A stretch of 64,000 nt of DNA from a bacterium. Lineage in GTDB: Bacteria > Patescibacteriota > Minisyncoccia > Phycocordibacterales > UBA2100. Each line of letters starts with the position of its first letter. The first letter of the stretch is position 1. The stretch spans positions 18,786 through 82,785 of the forward strand of contig JAUSGQ010000027.1 in assembly GCA_030674455.1 (NCBI GenBank), read 5' to 3'. A program made the position numbers and the translations under genes. The notes beneath the pieces were generated by a model. The model searched no databases and was not told where the DNA came from. It saw only the letters and a program-made list of their open reading frames with translations. Positions 46,216 through 56,516 of the stretch are shown here, piece after piece.

Positions 46216-47280
46216 TTGAGGTATAATCACCATATGAATAAGGTTACGGATAGGCGGCATGCCACTTTATACCGAGCATACAGGCCGCAGGGATGGGGCG
46301 AGGTGCGCGGGCAGGAGCATGTCGTCCGCGTGCTGGAGGCATCCATAAAAAATAAGAAAATCGCGCATGCATATCTTTTTTCAGGCGGCCGCGGAACTGG
46401 GAAGACCAGTGTGGCGCGGATTCTCGCGCGTGAACTCGGCGTGACGCCAAACGACATTTACGAAATAGACGCGGCATCCAATACAGGCGTCGAGGACATC
46501 CGCGAGCTTCGCGAGGGCGCGCACGTCCTTCCGCTCGAATCTCCATTTAAAGTGTATATCGTGGACGAGGCGCACATGCTTTCGCGGAGTGCATGGAACG
46601 CGTTTTTAAAAACTCTGGAAGAGCCGCCGGCGCACGTGATTTTTATTATGGCGACTACCGAGCGTGACAAAGTGCCGGAAACTGTTCAATCTCGCTGCGA
46701 GATTTACTCGTTCAAAAAACCGACGCGCGAAATTCTTTCGCAGGCCATTACCGATGTGGCAAAAAAAGAAGGATATTCGCTCGAGCGCTCGGCGGCGGAA
46801 CTCATTGCGCTTCTTGCCGAGGGCTCTTTTCGCGATGCACTCGGCATTTTGCAGAAAGTGCTTGCGGTATCAAAGGACAAGAAGATAGACGCAGAAGAAG
46901 TCGAACTGGTTTCCGGCGCGCCCCGCGCGGAGCTTGTGCGCGACATACTCTCTGCGCTCGCAAAAAAAGACAGCTCTGCCGCGCTTGGAGCGATACAGAA
47001 AACCGTATCGGAAAACATGGACTCGCGTGTTCTTGTAAAACTCCTAATTCATCGAATGCGCGTCGTCCTGCTTCTACGTCTCGCTCCTGATGTCGCGGAG
47101 TCGCTCGCGCAGGAATTCGGGGAAGCCGATGTTGAACTTGCGAGGAAGTTATCGAAAGAGCCGGGAGTGAACTCAAATACAATGCGCGCGCTTCTGGAGG
47201 CGTACGCGCAAATGGCATATGCTGCCGTTCCGCATTTGCCGCTGGAACTTGCAGTAATCGACATTTGTCAGACCGCCTGA
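46216..47280 (+). CDS. dnaX: DNA polymerase III subunit gamma/tau (short form)
   Basis: AAA+ Walker A GGRGTGKTS, box VII SRC, and the GSFRDALGILQK sensor region. Confidence 0.85.
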   Translation: MRYNHHMNKVTDRRHATLYRAYRPQGWGEVRGQEHVVRVLEASIKNKKIAHAYLFSGGRGTGKTSVARILARELGVTPNDIYEIDAASNTGVEDIRELREGAHVLPLESPFKVYIVDEAHMLSRSAWNAFLKTLEEPPAHVIFIMATTERDKVPETVQSRCEIYSFKKPTREILSQAITDVAKKEGYSLERSAAELIALLAEGSFRDALGILQKVLAVSKDKKIDAEEVELVSGAPRAELVRDILSALAKKDSSAALGAIQKTVSENMDSRVLVKLLIHRMRVVLLLRLAPDVAESLAQEFGEADVELARKLSKEPGVNSNTMRALLEAYAQMAYAAVPHLPLELAVIDICQTA

Positions 47281-47285
47281 TACTC

Positions 47286-48086
47286 ATGCGGAAATTCTCA
47301 AAAAAACAGCCCAGGCATAGCAGACCGGCAAAAACCGCGAAGAAAGACACCTCGTGGGGACATGTGGCTGATTGGTATCACAGCCATGTTGAATCCGAGG
47401 ACACGTATCACGATAAGGTAATCAAGCCGAATCTTTTGCGCGTACTCGGAGACATACGAGGTAAGCGCGTTCTTGATCTGGCCTGCGGAGAAGGTTTCTT
47501 TTCTCGCGCGTTTCGTGAGGCGGGCGCTCAAGTAACAGGTGTTGATATAGCACCGGAACTCATAAATATTGCAAAAAAGATTGGTCCGCCAGACATAGTC
47601 TATTTGACTGCGCCTGCAGAGCGCTTGCCGCTTCCGGAGGAATCTTTCGATGTAGCGATATGTGTGCTCGCACTTCAAAACATCAAGAATCTTTCCGGCG
47701 CGTTGGCACAAGTTTCGCAGCTCTTGAAAAAGGATGGCATTTTTGCGATTGTCCTCAACCACCCGTGCTTTCGCATTTTGCGCCATTCGCAGTGGGGATT
47801 CGATAATGCCGCTAACATCCAATTTCGCCGGCTCGACAAGTATCTTTCTGAAAGCTCGCACGAAATACAGATGCATCCCGGCCTAGCACCTGGGGTTACC
47901 ACTATGTCGTATCACCGCCCGCTTCAGCTTTATGTAAAAGAACTTGCAAAGCAGGGATTTGCTGTTGTGGGCCTCGAGGAGTGGATTTCAAACCGCATGA
48001 GCGAACGTGGACCCAGAGCGGAAGCGGAAGACACTGCGCGGAAAGAATTCCCGCTGTTTCTAATGCTCCGCGCGCGGAAGATTTAA
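47286..48086 (+). CDS. Class I SAM-dependent methyltransferase
   Basis: Motif I VLDLACGEGFF. Start moved to an internal Met to avoid the dnaX overlap. Confidence 0.7.
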   Translation: MRKFSKKQPRHSRPAKTAKKDTSWGHVADWYHSHVESEDTYHDKVIKPNLLRVLGDIRGKRVLDLACGEGFFSRAFREAGAQVTGVDIAPELINIAKKIGPPDIVYLTAPAERLPLPEESFDVAICVLALQNIKNLSGALAQVSQLLKKDGIFAIVLNHPCFRILRHSQWGFDNAANIQFRRLDKYLSESSHEIQMHPGLAPGVTTMSYHRPLQLYVKELAKQGFAVVGLEEWISNRMSERGPRAEAEDTARKEFPLFLMLRARKI

Positions 48087-48096
48087 TGCAAATGCT

Positions 48097-48633
48097 ATGA
48101 GAAATCTTCTGATATTAATTGTTGCAGTGCTCATCATTGCAGGCTCAATGTATTTTTTCGCGAGAGAAACGCCCGCTCCCGCACCTTTTGAGGGAGAGAA
48201 AAGCACGACGCAGTATACGAACGGGCAGTACGGATTGAGCTTTGAATATCCATCTACGTACGTTCTCCAAGAAAAAGAAGTGGGGAATGGTGAACGAATG
48301 CATTACTCGATTGTGCTTCTCGATAGAGAGTGGCTCGCGAATATTCCCGAAGGAGGCGAGGGACCGCCGGCTATTTCCGTTGATATTTTTCAGAACGACA
48401 TTGAACAGATGAAGGTTGAAGATTGGATACGCGGGACGAATTTCTCGAATTTCAAACTTTCGCCCGACGGCAATCTTTCGACGACAACGGTAGCAGGAAG
48501 GGAGGCATACACATACCGGTGGGACGGTCTCTACCAGGCAGAAAGCTACGTCTTCTCGCACAAGGACAACATAGTGATGTTCTCGGTGACTTTCAATGCG
48601 CCGGAAGATCAAATCCGCAGCGAATTTTCGTAG
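48097..48633 (+). CDS. Hypothetical secreted protein (N-terminal TM)
   Basis: MRNLLILIVAVLIIAGSMYFFA is a signal anchor. No family recognised. Confidence 0.4.
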   Translation: MRNLLILIVAVLIIAGSMYFFARETPAPAPFEGEKSTTQYTNGQYGLSFEYPSTYVLQEKEVGNGERMHYSIVLLDREWLANIPEGGEGPPAISVDIFQNDIEQMKVEDWIRGTNFSNFKLSPDGNLSTTTVAGREAYTYRWDGLYQAESYVFSHKDNIVMFSVTFNAPEDQIRSEFS

Positions 48634-48663
48634 GTCTTGAATTCACTTGTGTTGAAGTAATGC

Positions 48664-48963
48664 TTGACTGTTTTTGATGCTCAAAGCGCGGAAACAATGA
48701 GTTGTGGTATAATGTATTATATGTTGCGGGAATATATAGATAAAAAGCTTAGAGTCGCGCGCTACAAACTGCTCAAAGACGGCACTTATTTTGCTGAAAT
48801 TCCTGGAGTGCGCGGTGTGTGGGCAAATGCTAAGAATCTCGAACAATGCAGGCGCAATCTGCGGGACGTGTTGGAAGAATGGCTACTGCTTAAGGTCAGC
48901 AATCATGAATCTGTGCCTGGTTTTAATTTGAAAGTCGACCGTCGAAATCTTGTTCTGAACTAA
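48664..48963 (+). CDS. hicB: HicB-family antitoxin
   Basis: YFAEIPGVRGVWANAKNLEQCRRNLRDVLEEWLL matches the HicB/UPF0150 pattern. Confidence 0.7.
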   Translation: MTVFDAQSAETMSCGIMYYMLREYIDKKLRVARYKLLKDGTYFAEIPGVRGVWANAKNLEQCRRNLRDVLEEWLLLKVSNHESVPGFNLKVDRRNLVLN

Positions 48964-48978
48964 CCAATCTTTCACGGC

Positions 48979-49191
48979 ATGGTTAAAAGCATTTCGTGGA
49001 GAAAACTTGTTCAAAAACTGCGCCTCCTTGGTTTCGAAGGGCCATATTCTGGTGGTAAACATTTATTCATGGTAAAGGGTGGCTTGAAGTTGCATATACC
49101 GAATCCGCATCGCGGAGACATTTCGCGACATCTTCTTGCAGAAATGTTGCGGCAAGCGGGGATAAAGTCGGATGAGTGGAACAATGCATAG
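48979..49191 (+). CDS. hicA: HicA-family mRNA-interferase toxin
   Basis: ISWRKLVQKLRLLGFEGPYSGGKHLFMVKGGLKLHIPNPHRGDISRHLLAEMLRQAGI is the YcfA/HicA fold pattern. Confidence 0.75.
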   Translation: MVKSISWRKLVQKLRLLGFEGPYSGGKHLFMVKGGLKLHIPNPHRGDISRHLLAEMLRQAGIKSDEWNNA

Positions 49192-49273
49192 CAGATAGAT
49201 AAAGTGGGAAGATTGGGTTAAAGTAGATAGCATTGGAAACCGGCTTTTGCCCGAGTTCCATTATTTTGGGAAT

Positions 49274-49347
49274 TGGGGGATCGTCTAACGGTAGGACGGC
49301 TGCCTTTGAAGCAGTTAATCTTGGTCCGATTCCAAGTCCCCCAGCCA
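49274..49347 (+). tRNA. tRNA-Gln(TTG)
   Basis: U1:A72 pair, discriminator G, anticodon loop CTTTGAA, T-loop TCCGATT, CCA encoded. Confidence 0.8.
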
Positions 49348-49420
49348 CGAAAAGTGACTGCGCCACCTCGCGGCGGCATCTTGAGTGAGCCATGATTGCG
49401 AGATTTGGTAAAATAGACTT

Positions 49421-49672
49421 ATGAACAAAAATAAGCTAGCAGGTGGTGTAGCACATAAAATGCCCGAGGATTTACGAAGGGCGCTTACTTCAACGCCTGC
49501 GGCGCGAACAGTATGGGAAGATATTACGCCGCTAGCGCGCAACGAATGGATTTGCTGGGTTACGTCGGGCAAAAAAGCTGAAACGCGGGGCATCCGTATC
49601 AAGGAAACCCTCTCGAAGCTTAGGGGCGGAATGCGCAGACCATGTTGTTGGGCAGGATGCATTCATCGTTGA
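49421..49672 (+). CDS. YdeI/OmpD-associated family protein
   Basis: PEDLRRALTSTPAARTVWEDITPLARNEWICWVTSGKKAETRGIRIKETL matches the YdeI pattern. Confidence 0.55.
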   Translation: MNKNKLAGGVAHKMPEDLRRALTSTPAARTVWEDITPLARNEWICWVTSGKKAETRGIRIKETLSKLRGGMRRPCCWAGCIHR

Positions 49673-49693
49673 GTGTTTATTTAAGTAGATAAC

Positions 49694-50506
49694 ATGAAAT
49701 TCCAAATTATTGGAAATGTGCGACGGCTCATGAAAACCATTTTATTGTTTGCCATTTTTTATGCTGTTATCGGATTGTTTCTTTCATACAAGCAGGAATC
49801 ACTGGTCTACCAGCCTGGCGTCCAAGATTTTGAGAGTTGTCCCGATTTGAAAGAGGCCGAGAGACTCACATACGAAGGCACTCGGATGTACTTTAAGAAA
49901 AATGGGCCGCGAGTAGCCGTTATCTATCATGGAAACGCCGGTTCTGCTTGCGACAGAGCTTTTATAGCCTCAATCTTTGGTAACATCGGCTACTCGTATC
50001 TGTTGCCGGAGTATGCAGGTTATTCTAACGACAGCGCAAAACCGAGTCACGCCGGAATAAAAAAAGATGTCGAGCATGTAATTGATTTTCTGGACAGCCG
50101 AGATTTCAAGAACATCGTGGTTCTAGGAGAAAGCGTCGGCACGGGCGTTGCCTCATATCACGCATCCTTGAAACCCGTATCGCAACTTATACTTATTTCA
50201 CCTTTCACGGATCTCGTCGATGTGGCTCAGGAAGCTTTTTGGTTCTATCCGGCTTCTTTGTTGGTAGAGAACGCTTTTGATAACGAACAACTGCTCGCGG
50301 CGTACAGGGGAAAGGTACTCGTTTTGCATGGAGACGCGGATACCGTGATACCTTCGAAGTTGGGAGAAGAACTTTTTGAGTCGCTCCGAAGTCCTGATAA
50401 ACAATTGGCGATAATACGAGGGGCAGGACACAACACAATGTTTTGGTATCCGGAAACGTACGAAAGCATTACATCGTTTGTTGGCGACGCAGGAGGAGCA
50501 AAGTGA
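49694..50506 (+). CDS. Alpha/beta-fold hydrolase
   Basis: Nucleophile elbow GESVGTG, plus downstream Asp and His (GHNTMFW). Confidence 0.7.
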   Translation: MKFQIIGNVRRLMKTILLFAIFYAVIGLFLSYKQESLVYQPGVQDFESCPDLKEAERLTYEGTRMYFKKNGPRVAVIYHGNAGSACDRAFIASIFGNIGYSYLLPEYAGYSNDSAKPSHAGIKKDVEHVIDFLDSRDFKNIVVLGESVGTGVASYHASLKPVSQLILISPFTDLVDVAQEAFWFYPASLLVENAFDNEQLLAAYRGKVLVLHGDADTVIPSKLGEELFESLRSPDKQLAIIRGAGHNTMFWYPETYESITSFVGDAGGAK

Positions 50507-50550
50507 GAATTATCCCTTGGTTTCAAGCCACTAGGGTATAATATTCTGGT

Positions 50551-51225
50551 ATGTTCACGCGTCAATTTTTGATCGGGGTCGGCGGCTTGCTCGTTCTATT
50601 GTTTGCCGCAAGCGCGCTCTATATGTATACGCGCCAGTATGTCCCGCAGAAGACCGTATTAGTAACAACGTTTGAAGAATGCGTGGCGGCAGGGAATTCG
50701 GTGATGGAAAGTTATCCGCGCCAGTGCAGGCATGGCGACCAATCATTTACCGAATCGCTCGGCAACACTATTGAGAAGACGAACCTTATCCGCCTCTACG
50801 CGCCGCTTCCGAACGGAGTCATCGAGAGCCCGCTCGCCATAACGGGCGAAGCGAGAGGGAACTGGTTTTTTGAAGCGAGCTTTCCGATTGTTCTCACCGA
50901 CTGGGACGGAAGAATAATTGCGCAAACTATTGCGACCGCGCAAGGCGAGTGGATGACCACCGATTTTGTGCCGTTTGAAGCGACGCTCACGTTCACGCCG
51001 ATAGTGAACGCATACAGCAATCGCGGCTCGCTCATACTACAAAAAGATAATCCATCGGGATTGCCGGAGAATGACGATGCGCTTGAAATTCCCGTAATTA
51101 TCGGAAGAGTTGCGGCCTCGAGCGCGGAAACGGGATGCACACTTGAAGCGCGGCTCTGCCCAGACGGCTCGGCAGTCGGGCGCACCGGCCCCAACTGCGA
51201 ATTTGCCCCGTGTTCTTCCGAATAA
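50551..51225 (+). CDS. Gmad2 Ig-like domain secreted protein (paralog 1)
   Basis: ARGNWFFEASFPIVLTDWDGRIIAQ...DFVPFEATL...LQKDNPSGLPENDDALEIPV. Shares a domain with 59658-60533. Confidence 0.5.
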   Translation: MFTRQFLIGVGGLLVLLFAASALYMYTRQYVPQKTVLVTTFEECVAAGNSVMESYPRQCRHGDQSFTESLGNTIEKTNLIRLYAPLPNGVIESPLAITGEARGNWFFEASFPIVLTDWDGRIIAQTIATAQGEWMTTDFVPFEATLTFTPIVNAYSNRGSLILQKDNPSGLPENDDALEIPVIIGRVAASSAETGCTLEARLCPDGSAVGRTGPNCEFAPCSSE

Positions 51226-51262
51226 TTTCTCAGCCTAAGGGCGTAACTCTAACTACGAAATC

Positions 51263-51294
51263 TCATTCTAACGTTTTGCAAAACGTTAGAATGA
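51263..51294. repeat. Palindromic repeat TCATTCTAACGTTTTGCAAAACGTTAGAATGA (family A)
   Basis: Between convergent genes. Confidence 0.8.
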
Positions 51295-51339
51295 AAGAAA
51301 TCGCGCTGAGCAGTCTTTTTTTAAAGGAAAAAAATATCG

Positions 51340-52485
51340 CTACGTGCCTAGTTGCGCGAGGGCATCTTTGGCCGATTGCAGATTCTTGTTGTAGTAAATA
51401 GCTATTTCGTATTCTGCCCGCGCTTCAGCCGTCTGGCCTCGGCTCTCGTAAACCTTGCCCTTCAGCACGTAAAGTTCAGAGACGGATTTATTGTTGTCGT
51501 TGATGACGCTATCGGCGAGTTCTATCACGCGGTCAAATTTTCCAAGCTTGAAGTACGCTTCTATCGGCTCCATCTGGTACCAGAGCTTGCGCCTCGTGAG
51601 CGAACTTTCAATTTTCTCAAATTCGCGTGCTGTTCCCTCGTAGTCGCCTAAATAGAAGAGCGCTGTCACAATATTATATTTCGCGCGCATGTCGGATGAA
51701 TTTCGCGCCACTTCATCTTCGGCGCGCGCTTTGGCATTCCTCCACGCCCACTGTTCGTTGGCCTCTTCGCCCAAAATGCTTTCGACTATCTGCTTTTTCT
51801 CCTTCGGTACGACAATAAGGTATGAGTAATTAAAATCTTTCCAGAAGTGCATCCAATCCTTATAAGAGTACAGCTGGTTCTGCCCCTCGATGCCGTCGCT
51901 CTCAATGACGACCTGTTGCGATTCATTGTATCCGCGAATGACGCGGTAGTGCACGATGTCGTCGTCGCGGTAGGTGAGTGCACGCGTGAGCACCGGAATA
52001 TCGGCGGCTATGAATTTCTTCAAGAGTTCAATGTTGCCAGCGGGGCGGACATAGGCGAGCAGACCGTGCCGCGTTCTCGCGTAGTCGGCGAGCTCATAGA
52101 GAGTTACCGATTTGTCGTCGTTGTCGCCGCGCGGGTTGTTCCAGGGACGCGTCGCTTCTGCGATTTTCTCCTGCGTGTCCTTGATGTCCCAGCGGGAGAG
52201 AACTATGAAAAGAGCCACCGAAGAGCAGTTGTTAAATGTCTGTCCGACCCACGCCAAACCGGGAATTGTTTTTGCCGTCGGCAGTTCGCTACCCACCGAA
52301 TTATTAATAGCTTTTGAAGAAACCGAGCTTGCTCCTGTCGTTGAAGCGTCAACCGGATTGCGATACGCAACATCCGCGTCGAGGAAGATATACACCGAAC
52401 CCGCGGCGAATGTCGTTACGAGCACAGCAAGAGCGATTATCCACTTCATAGCGGGCATTGTACTCCAACGCCGATTTCTTAGCAC
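51340..52485 (-). CDS. Secreted papain-like (C39-like) peptidase-domain protein with C-terminal TPR
   Basis: Cys-containing NNCSSVALFIVL, a His region (IVHYRVIRGY), and C-terminal TPR-like repeats. Confidence 0.45.
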   Translation of the reverse strand: MLRNRRWSTMPAMKWIIALAVLVTTFAAGSVYIFLDADVAYRNPVDASTTGASSVSSKAINNSVGSELPTAKTIPGLAWVGQTFNNCSSVALFIVLSRWDIKDTQEKIAEATRPWNNPRGDNDDKSVTLYELADYARTRHGLLAYVRPAGNIELLKKFIAADIPVLTRALTYRDDDIVHYRVIRGYNESQQVVIESDGIEGQNQLYSYKDWMHFWKDFNYSYLIVVPKEKKQIVESILGEEANEQWAWRNAKARAEDEVARNSSDMRAKYNIVTALFYLGDYEGTAREFEKIESSLTRRKLWYQMEPIEAYFKLGKFDRVIELADSVINDNNKSVSELYVLKGKVYESRGQTAEARAEYEIAIYYNKNLQSAKDALAQLGT

Positions 52486-52491
52486 TGGCGC

Positions 52492-53205
52492 TCACTTGGC
52501 CTGGAGCAGTTTTCCCATCCAGATGATGTCCTCGTATCCCTTTGGAGTCTTTATGGCCTCGCGGCGGCGGCCTTCCATTACGAATCCCAATTTTTCGTAC
52601 AGGTGTACGGCATCTTCATTCTTCTCAAATACCTCGAGTTCCATCCGATGCATACCGTGCTCCCGCGCAAGCCCTTCTGCCTGCTTCAGGAGCGCTGTGC
52701 CTATCCCGCGGCCTCGATACGAAGCGAGAACTCCCATGACGACGTATGAAGTCCCCCGCACTTTGAGGAACTTGCCGGAAATGGCTGTAATGTAGCCCAC
52801 TATCTTTGCTCCATCAAGCGCAATAAAGGTATGCACGCGCTTTCTGTGTACGAGAGTTTTTGCGAACGCATAGAGCAGTGAATCCCTGCGGTCTTTCCCC
52901 GTGACCGCGAGGTGCTCGGCCTCGTTCGCTATTTGTTTTTGCAGTTGCATCAGCGCGCCGAAGTCTTTGAGTCCGGCGAGCTTAATTTGATATTGCATGA
53001 AGTATCTATAATTACACATCTGCCCATCATTCGGATAGGAGAGCAGATATATAGAGTGTACCGCGCCTTGGTCAGAGTTCAATGTATGAAATCCACAGTG
53101 CTCGTGCATTTGATACAATAGACGCATGAAATCGCTTGTGTGGTTCGGGGCTTTTGCCGGTTCCACTATCGGGAGTCTCATTCCGGGCTTGTGGGGTTCA
53201 AGCAT
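52492..53205 (-). CDS. GNAT-family N-acetyltransferase
   Basis: Acetyl-CoA site RGRGIGTALLKQAEGLAREHGMHRMELEVFEKNEDAVHLYEKLGF. Confidence 0.7.
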   Translation of the reverse strand: MLEPHKPGMRLPIVEPAKAPNHTSDFMRLLYQMHEHCGFHTLNSDQGAVHSIYLLSYPNDGQMCNYRYFMQYQIKLAGLKDFGALMQLQKQIANEAEHLAVTGKDRRDSLLYAFAKTLVHRKRVHTFIALDGAKIVGYITAISGKFLKVRGTSYVVMGVLASYRGRGIGTALLKQAEGLAREHGMHRMELEVFEKNEDAVHLYEKLGFVMEGRRREAIKTPKGYEDIIWMGKLLQAK

Positions 53206-53283
53206 GTTTTCATTCTCATCAATACTCTTAGGCGGAGTCGGCGCGTTTTTGGGGATTTGGATTGCATATCAATATAGTCAGGA

Positions 53284-53886
53284 TTGATTATGATTAAGGC
53301 GATTATTTTTGACCTAGGCGGCGTGTTGTTTACAAATGGCGCAAAGAAATTCATTGATGATATCAGCGCGCGATATGCAATTGATAAGGAAATCGTCAGG
53401 AATGTGATAGATGGCGAAATAGGCACTAAATATCGCGAAGGCAAGATAACGCGAGACGAGTTTTGGAAACAAGTTCTCACAAACCTAAACCTAAAGGAAG
53501 ATTCCAATACATTAGAAAGCGAATGGATTGATGATTATAAACTTATTGAAGGGACAAGAGATATCATTTTCGAACTTCGGAGGAAATATAAAGTATATTA
53601 TTTATCGGATAACGTTCGAGAAAGAGTAATGAGGCTGGATGAGAGGTACGGCTTTATTAAATGGTTTGAAGGCGGCATCTTTTCGCATGAAGCAGGAGTA
53701 AGAAAGCCAAATCCACAAATTTACAAATTAGCGATGGAGAAAGCCAATGTTAAGCCGGAAGAGGCGGTATATATAGATGACAAGGCGTCGTGCATTGAGC
53801 CGGCCGAGTACATGGGCATGACAGCATTTCTGTTTGAAAATCCTGATAAACTAAGGCGGGAACTTATGGATAAAGGGATTTTATAG
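53284..53886 (+). CDS. HAD-superfamily hydrolase
   Basis: Motif I IIFDLGGVLF and a C-terminal DD motif. Confidence 0.8.
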   Translation: MIMIKAIIFDLGGVLFTNGAKKFIDDISARYAIDKEIVRNVIDGEIGTKYREGKITRDEFWKQVLTNLNLKEDSNTLESEWIDDYKLIEGTRDIIFELRRKYKVYYLSDNVRERVMRLDERYGFIKWFEGGIFSHEAGVRKPNPQIYKLAMEKANVKPEEAVYIDDKASCIEPAEYMGMTAFLFENPDKLRRELMDKGIL

Positions 53887-53891
53887 ATTTT

Positions 53892-54845
53892 ATGAAAATC
53901 GTAGTCTTGGACGGTCACACCCTAAACCCAGGCGACAATCCGTGGGATGCGGTTGCATCGCTTGGTGAACTGCAGATTTATGATTACACGGGCCAAGCCA
54001 CGAATTCTGCTGATTCGCCTGCCGATAAAGTTGTCGAGCGTTCTCTTGATGCCGACATTATTGTTACCAACAAGGCCGTTTTATCGGCCGACGTGATTGC
54101 AAAATTGCCGAATCTGAAATTCATCGCGGTCACCGCCACCGGTTACAACGTCGTGGATATTGCGGCGGCTCGCTCGCGCGGGATTCCCGTTTCCAACGTG
54201 CCGGAGTATGGCACGGACTCAGTTGCCCAATTTACATTCGCACTTATTCTCGAATTAGTTCATCATGTCGCACTGCACAGCGATGCGGTTCATGCGGGCG
54301 AGTGGGGCAGGCAGCAGGATTTCTGTTTTTGGAAGACGCCTCTGACAGAATTGGCAGGAAAAACGCTCGCCATTATCGGCTATGGAAAGATCGGCCACCG
54401 AGTGGGAGAAATTGCGGAGGCGCTAGGTATGAAAATCCTGACCGCGGGGCGCGACATGGCAAAAATCCGCGAAATTATTGCGAAAGCCGACATTGTTACG
54501 CTTCACTGCCCGCTCACCGATGAGAATAAAGGAATGGTTAACCGCGAGTTTCTCGCGCAGATGAAGCCTACGGCATTTCTTATCAACGCCGCGCGCGGCG
54601 GCCTCGTCGTTGAGCAGGATTTGGCCGACGCGCTCAATTCGGGAAAACTAGCGGGCGCGGCAGTAGACGTCGTTTCCGCGGAGCCGATAAAATTGGACAA
54701 CCCGCTTATTAAAGCAAAGAACTGCATCATTACTCCCCACATCGCATGGGCGACGCTTGAGGCACGGCAAAGATTGATGCAAACAACAGCCGACAACATC
54801 CGCGCATTTCAGGAAGGCAAGCCGGTGAATGTAATCAATTCCTAG
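53892..54845 (+). CDS. D-isomer-specific 2-hydroxyacid dehydrogenase
   Basis: NAD fold GIIGYGKIGHRVGEIAEALGMKIL and catalytic R/E/H (ARGGLV...HIAW). Confidence 0.8.
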   Translation: MKIVVLDGHTLNPGDNPWDAVASLGELQIYDYTGQATNSADSPADKVVERSLDADIIVTNKAVLSADVIAKLPNLKFIAVTATGYNVVDIAAARSRGIPVSNVPEYGTDSVAQFTFALILELVHHVALHSDAVHAGEWGRQQDFCFWKTPLTELAGKTLAIIGYGKIGHRVGEIAEALGMKILTAGRDMAKIREIIAKADIVTLHCPLTDENKGMVNREFLAQMKPTAFLINAARGGLVVEQDLADALNSGKLAGAAVDVVSAEPIKLDNPLIKAKNCIITPHIAWATLEARQRLMQTTADNIRAFQEGKPVNVINS

Positions 54846-54865
54846 GCATGCATGAACGTTATTTT

Positions 54866-55022
54866 CTCATTCTAATGTTTTGCAAAACATCAGAATGAGA
54901 AGAGCCGTAGAAAATGGATGATGGAATCTATTCTAGTATTTTGCAAAAGACTGCAATAGAAGAAAGTGCTGGGTGCAGGCGCAAATTTCCGCATCCTAAC
55001 ATTTTGCGAAATGTTAGGATGT
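54866..55022. repeat. Two variant family-A palindromes (54866-54899 and 54993-55022)
   Basis: CTCATTCTAATGTTTTGCAAAACATCAGAATGAG and CATCCTAACATTTTGCGAAATGTTAGGATG. Confidence 0.7.
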
Positions 55023-55843
55023 TGAGAAGGTGGCTATCTCAGTACGCTATACTTCTTTCCATGGAGGTGGATATGGTCAAAAAAGCGCGAGCGGATTTCG
55101 ATTTATTCCATACAAATCTAGCCGCGTATAAGAAGCAGGTTGATGGAATCTCCAATTTGCTCGGCTTAAAAGGAGTGGCGCGGTTGCGTGGCGATTATCT
55201 GCCGACATATTTTGTTGGTGATATAGGCAATGGACTCCACAAATATGCGCTGTTCAGTCTCAACCCCGGGTTTTCTGAAAAACAAAATCCGACAGAGGAG
55301 ACGTGGAAAAATAGTAGCTGGAAGGACTACGAAAATTTCACGAAGCGCTTCTTTACCTTATATCATCGCGCCGGCATGAAGTCGCGCTATTACGAAAAGA
55401 TATCCATGATATTCGCGGCACTCGAAGGCCTGACTTTTCACAATCGAGAAGATATTTACAATTTCTTTCAAGAGCATCTTATTAACATTGATTTGCTCCC
55501 GTATCATTCATCGGGCATTGGTCTCCCCAGCACGCTCTCTAGCGAGCAACGGGAATACATGCGCGATAACTTAATGAGAGGAATTGCTCTTGTGAAAAAC
55601 CAAGGGGTGCGTCTCGCACTATTCAATGGGCAGGCACTTTGCCAATTATTGGTAGGGAACAAACTCGTGGAAGCAGGTGTTCCGGTTCCTGTGAATGAAA
55701 AGATAAGCATATACCTGTTTCGCTTGGAGGGAATACCGTGTGTCGCGTTTAGCAAATTCATAACTCAACCATTTTTTAAACTCAAAGATGTGGATTTCAG
55801 GAAAACCATTCCAAAATTAATACAGTCCATACTCAATCAGTAG
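55019..55843 (+). CDS. Hypothetical protein
   Basis: ORF trimmed past the upstream palindromes. No family recognised. Confidence 0.3.
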   Translation: MLRRWLSQYAILLSMEVDMVKKARADFDLFHTNLAAYKKQVDGISNLLGLKGVARLRGDYLPTYFVGDIGNGLHKYALFSLNPGFSEKQNPTEETWKNSSWKDYENFTKRFFTLYHRAGMKSRYYEKISMIFAALEGLTFHNREDIYNFFQEHLINIDLLPYHSSGIGLPSTLSSEQREYMRDNLMRGIALVKNQGVRLALFNGQALCQLLVGNKLVEAGVPVPVNEKISIYLFRLEGIPCVAFSKFITQPFFKLKDVDFRKTIPKLIQSILNQ

Positions 55844-55877
55844 TCCACCGACTAGCTCGTTAAATAGCAATCAAGTT

Positions 55878-56402
55878 ATGGACATCCCGAAAAAATTACA
55901 GCCGACTGAGACGATGAACGTTACCTTGCCAAAGGGCGCAACGGTTTCGCTGCCCGTGTGTCATCCAATTTTCTCACTTTGGGAGGGAAATCCTGTGAAG
56001 TTTGATTATGGAAGGAAACCCGTGCTGAACTACAAGGGCGAGGCATGCTTTGCCGAATTAGTGATTTTACGCATGTTGGTTGAGGACGGATGGAATGGAG
56101 TATGGGTTGAGACGTATGGAGGTGCGCACTATCTGCGCACCATGCCTAACGAGTGGAAATTGAGTTCAGAACACGTGTCAATTCCAAAGGATAAAGAAGA
56201 ATTATTGCAGAACATCTGGAAGACAGCCAAAACCACCGCGTGCCTTGATGTTTTCGCGTGGCATAACGGCCAGATACTATTTTGCGAAGCAAAACGCATA
56301 GGCAAAGATAAGCTCACCGGCGCTCAAACACGCTTCGTGGAAGGAGCTTTGGCATGCGGCGTTGCTCCAGAATTACTGCTCATCGTGGAGTGGACGAGCT
56401 GA
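55878..56402 (+). CDS. VRR-NUC-like PD-(D/E)xK nuclease-domain protein
   Basis: DVFAWHNGQILFCEAKRIGKDKLTGAQTRFVEGALACG gives a D..E-A-K plus Q pattern. Confidence 0.45.
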   Translation: MDIPKKLQPTETMNVTLPKGATVSLPVCHPIFSLWEGNPVKFDYGRKPVLNYKGEACFAELVILRMLVEDGWNGVWVETYGGAHYLRTMPNEWKLSSEHVSIPKDKEELLQNIWKTAKTTACLDVFAWHNGQILFCEAKRIGKDKLTGAQTRFVEGALACGVAPELLLIVEWTS

Positions 56403-56516
56403 TTGTCTCGCGGGGTGTACCGTGGAAAGAGGCGGATATATGCAATGACGCGGCGAACGCTCCGAATACGGGAGTATACGGAAGCGGAGTATACGGAAGC
56501 GAGGCTTCCGCAACGC

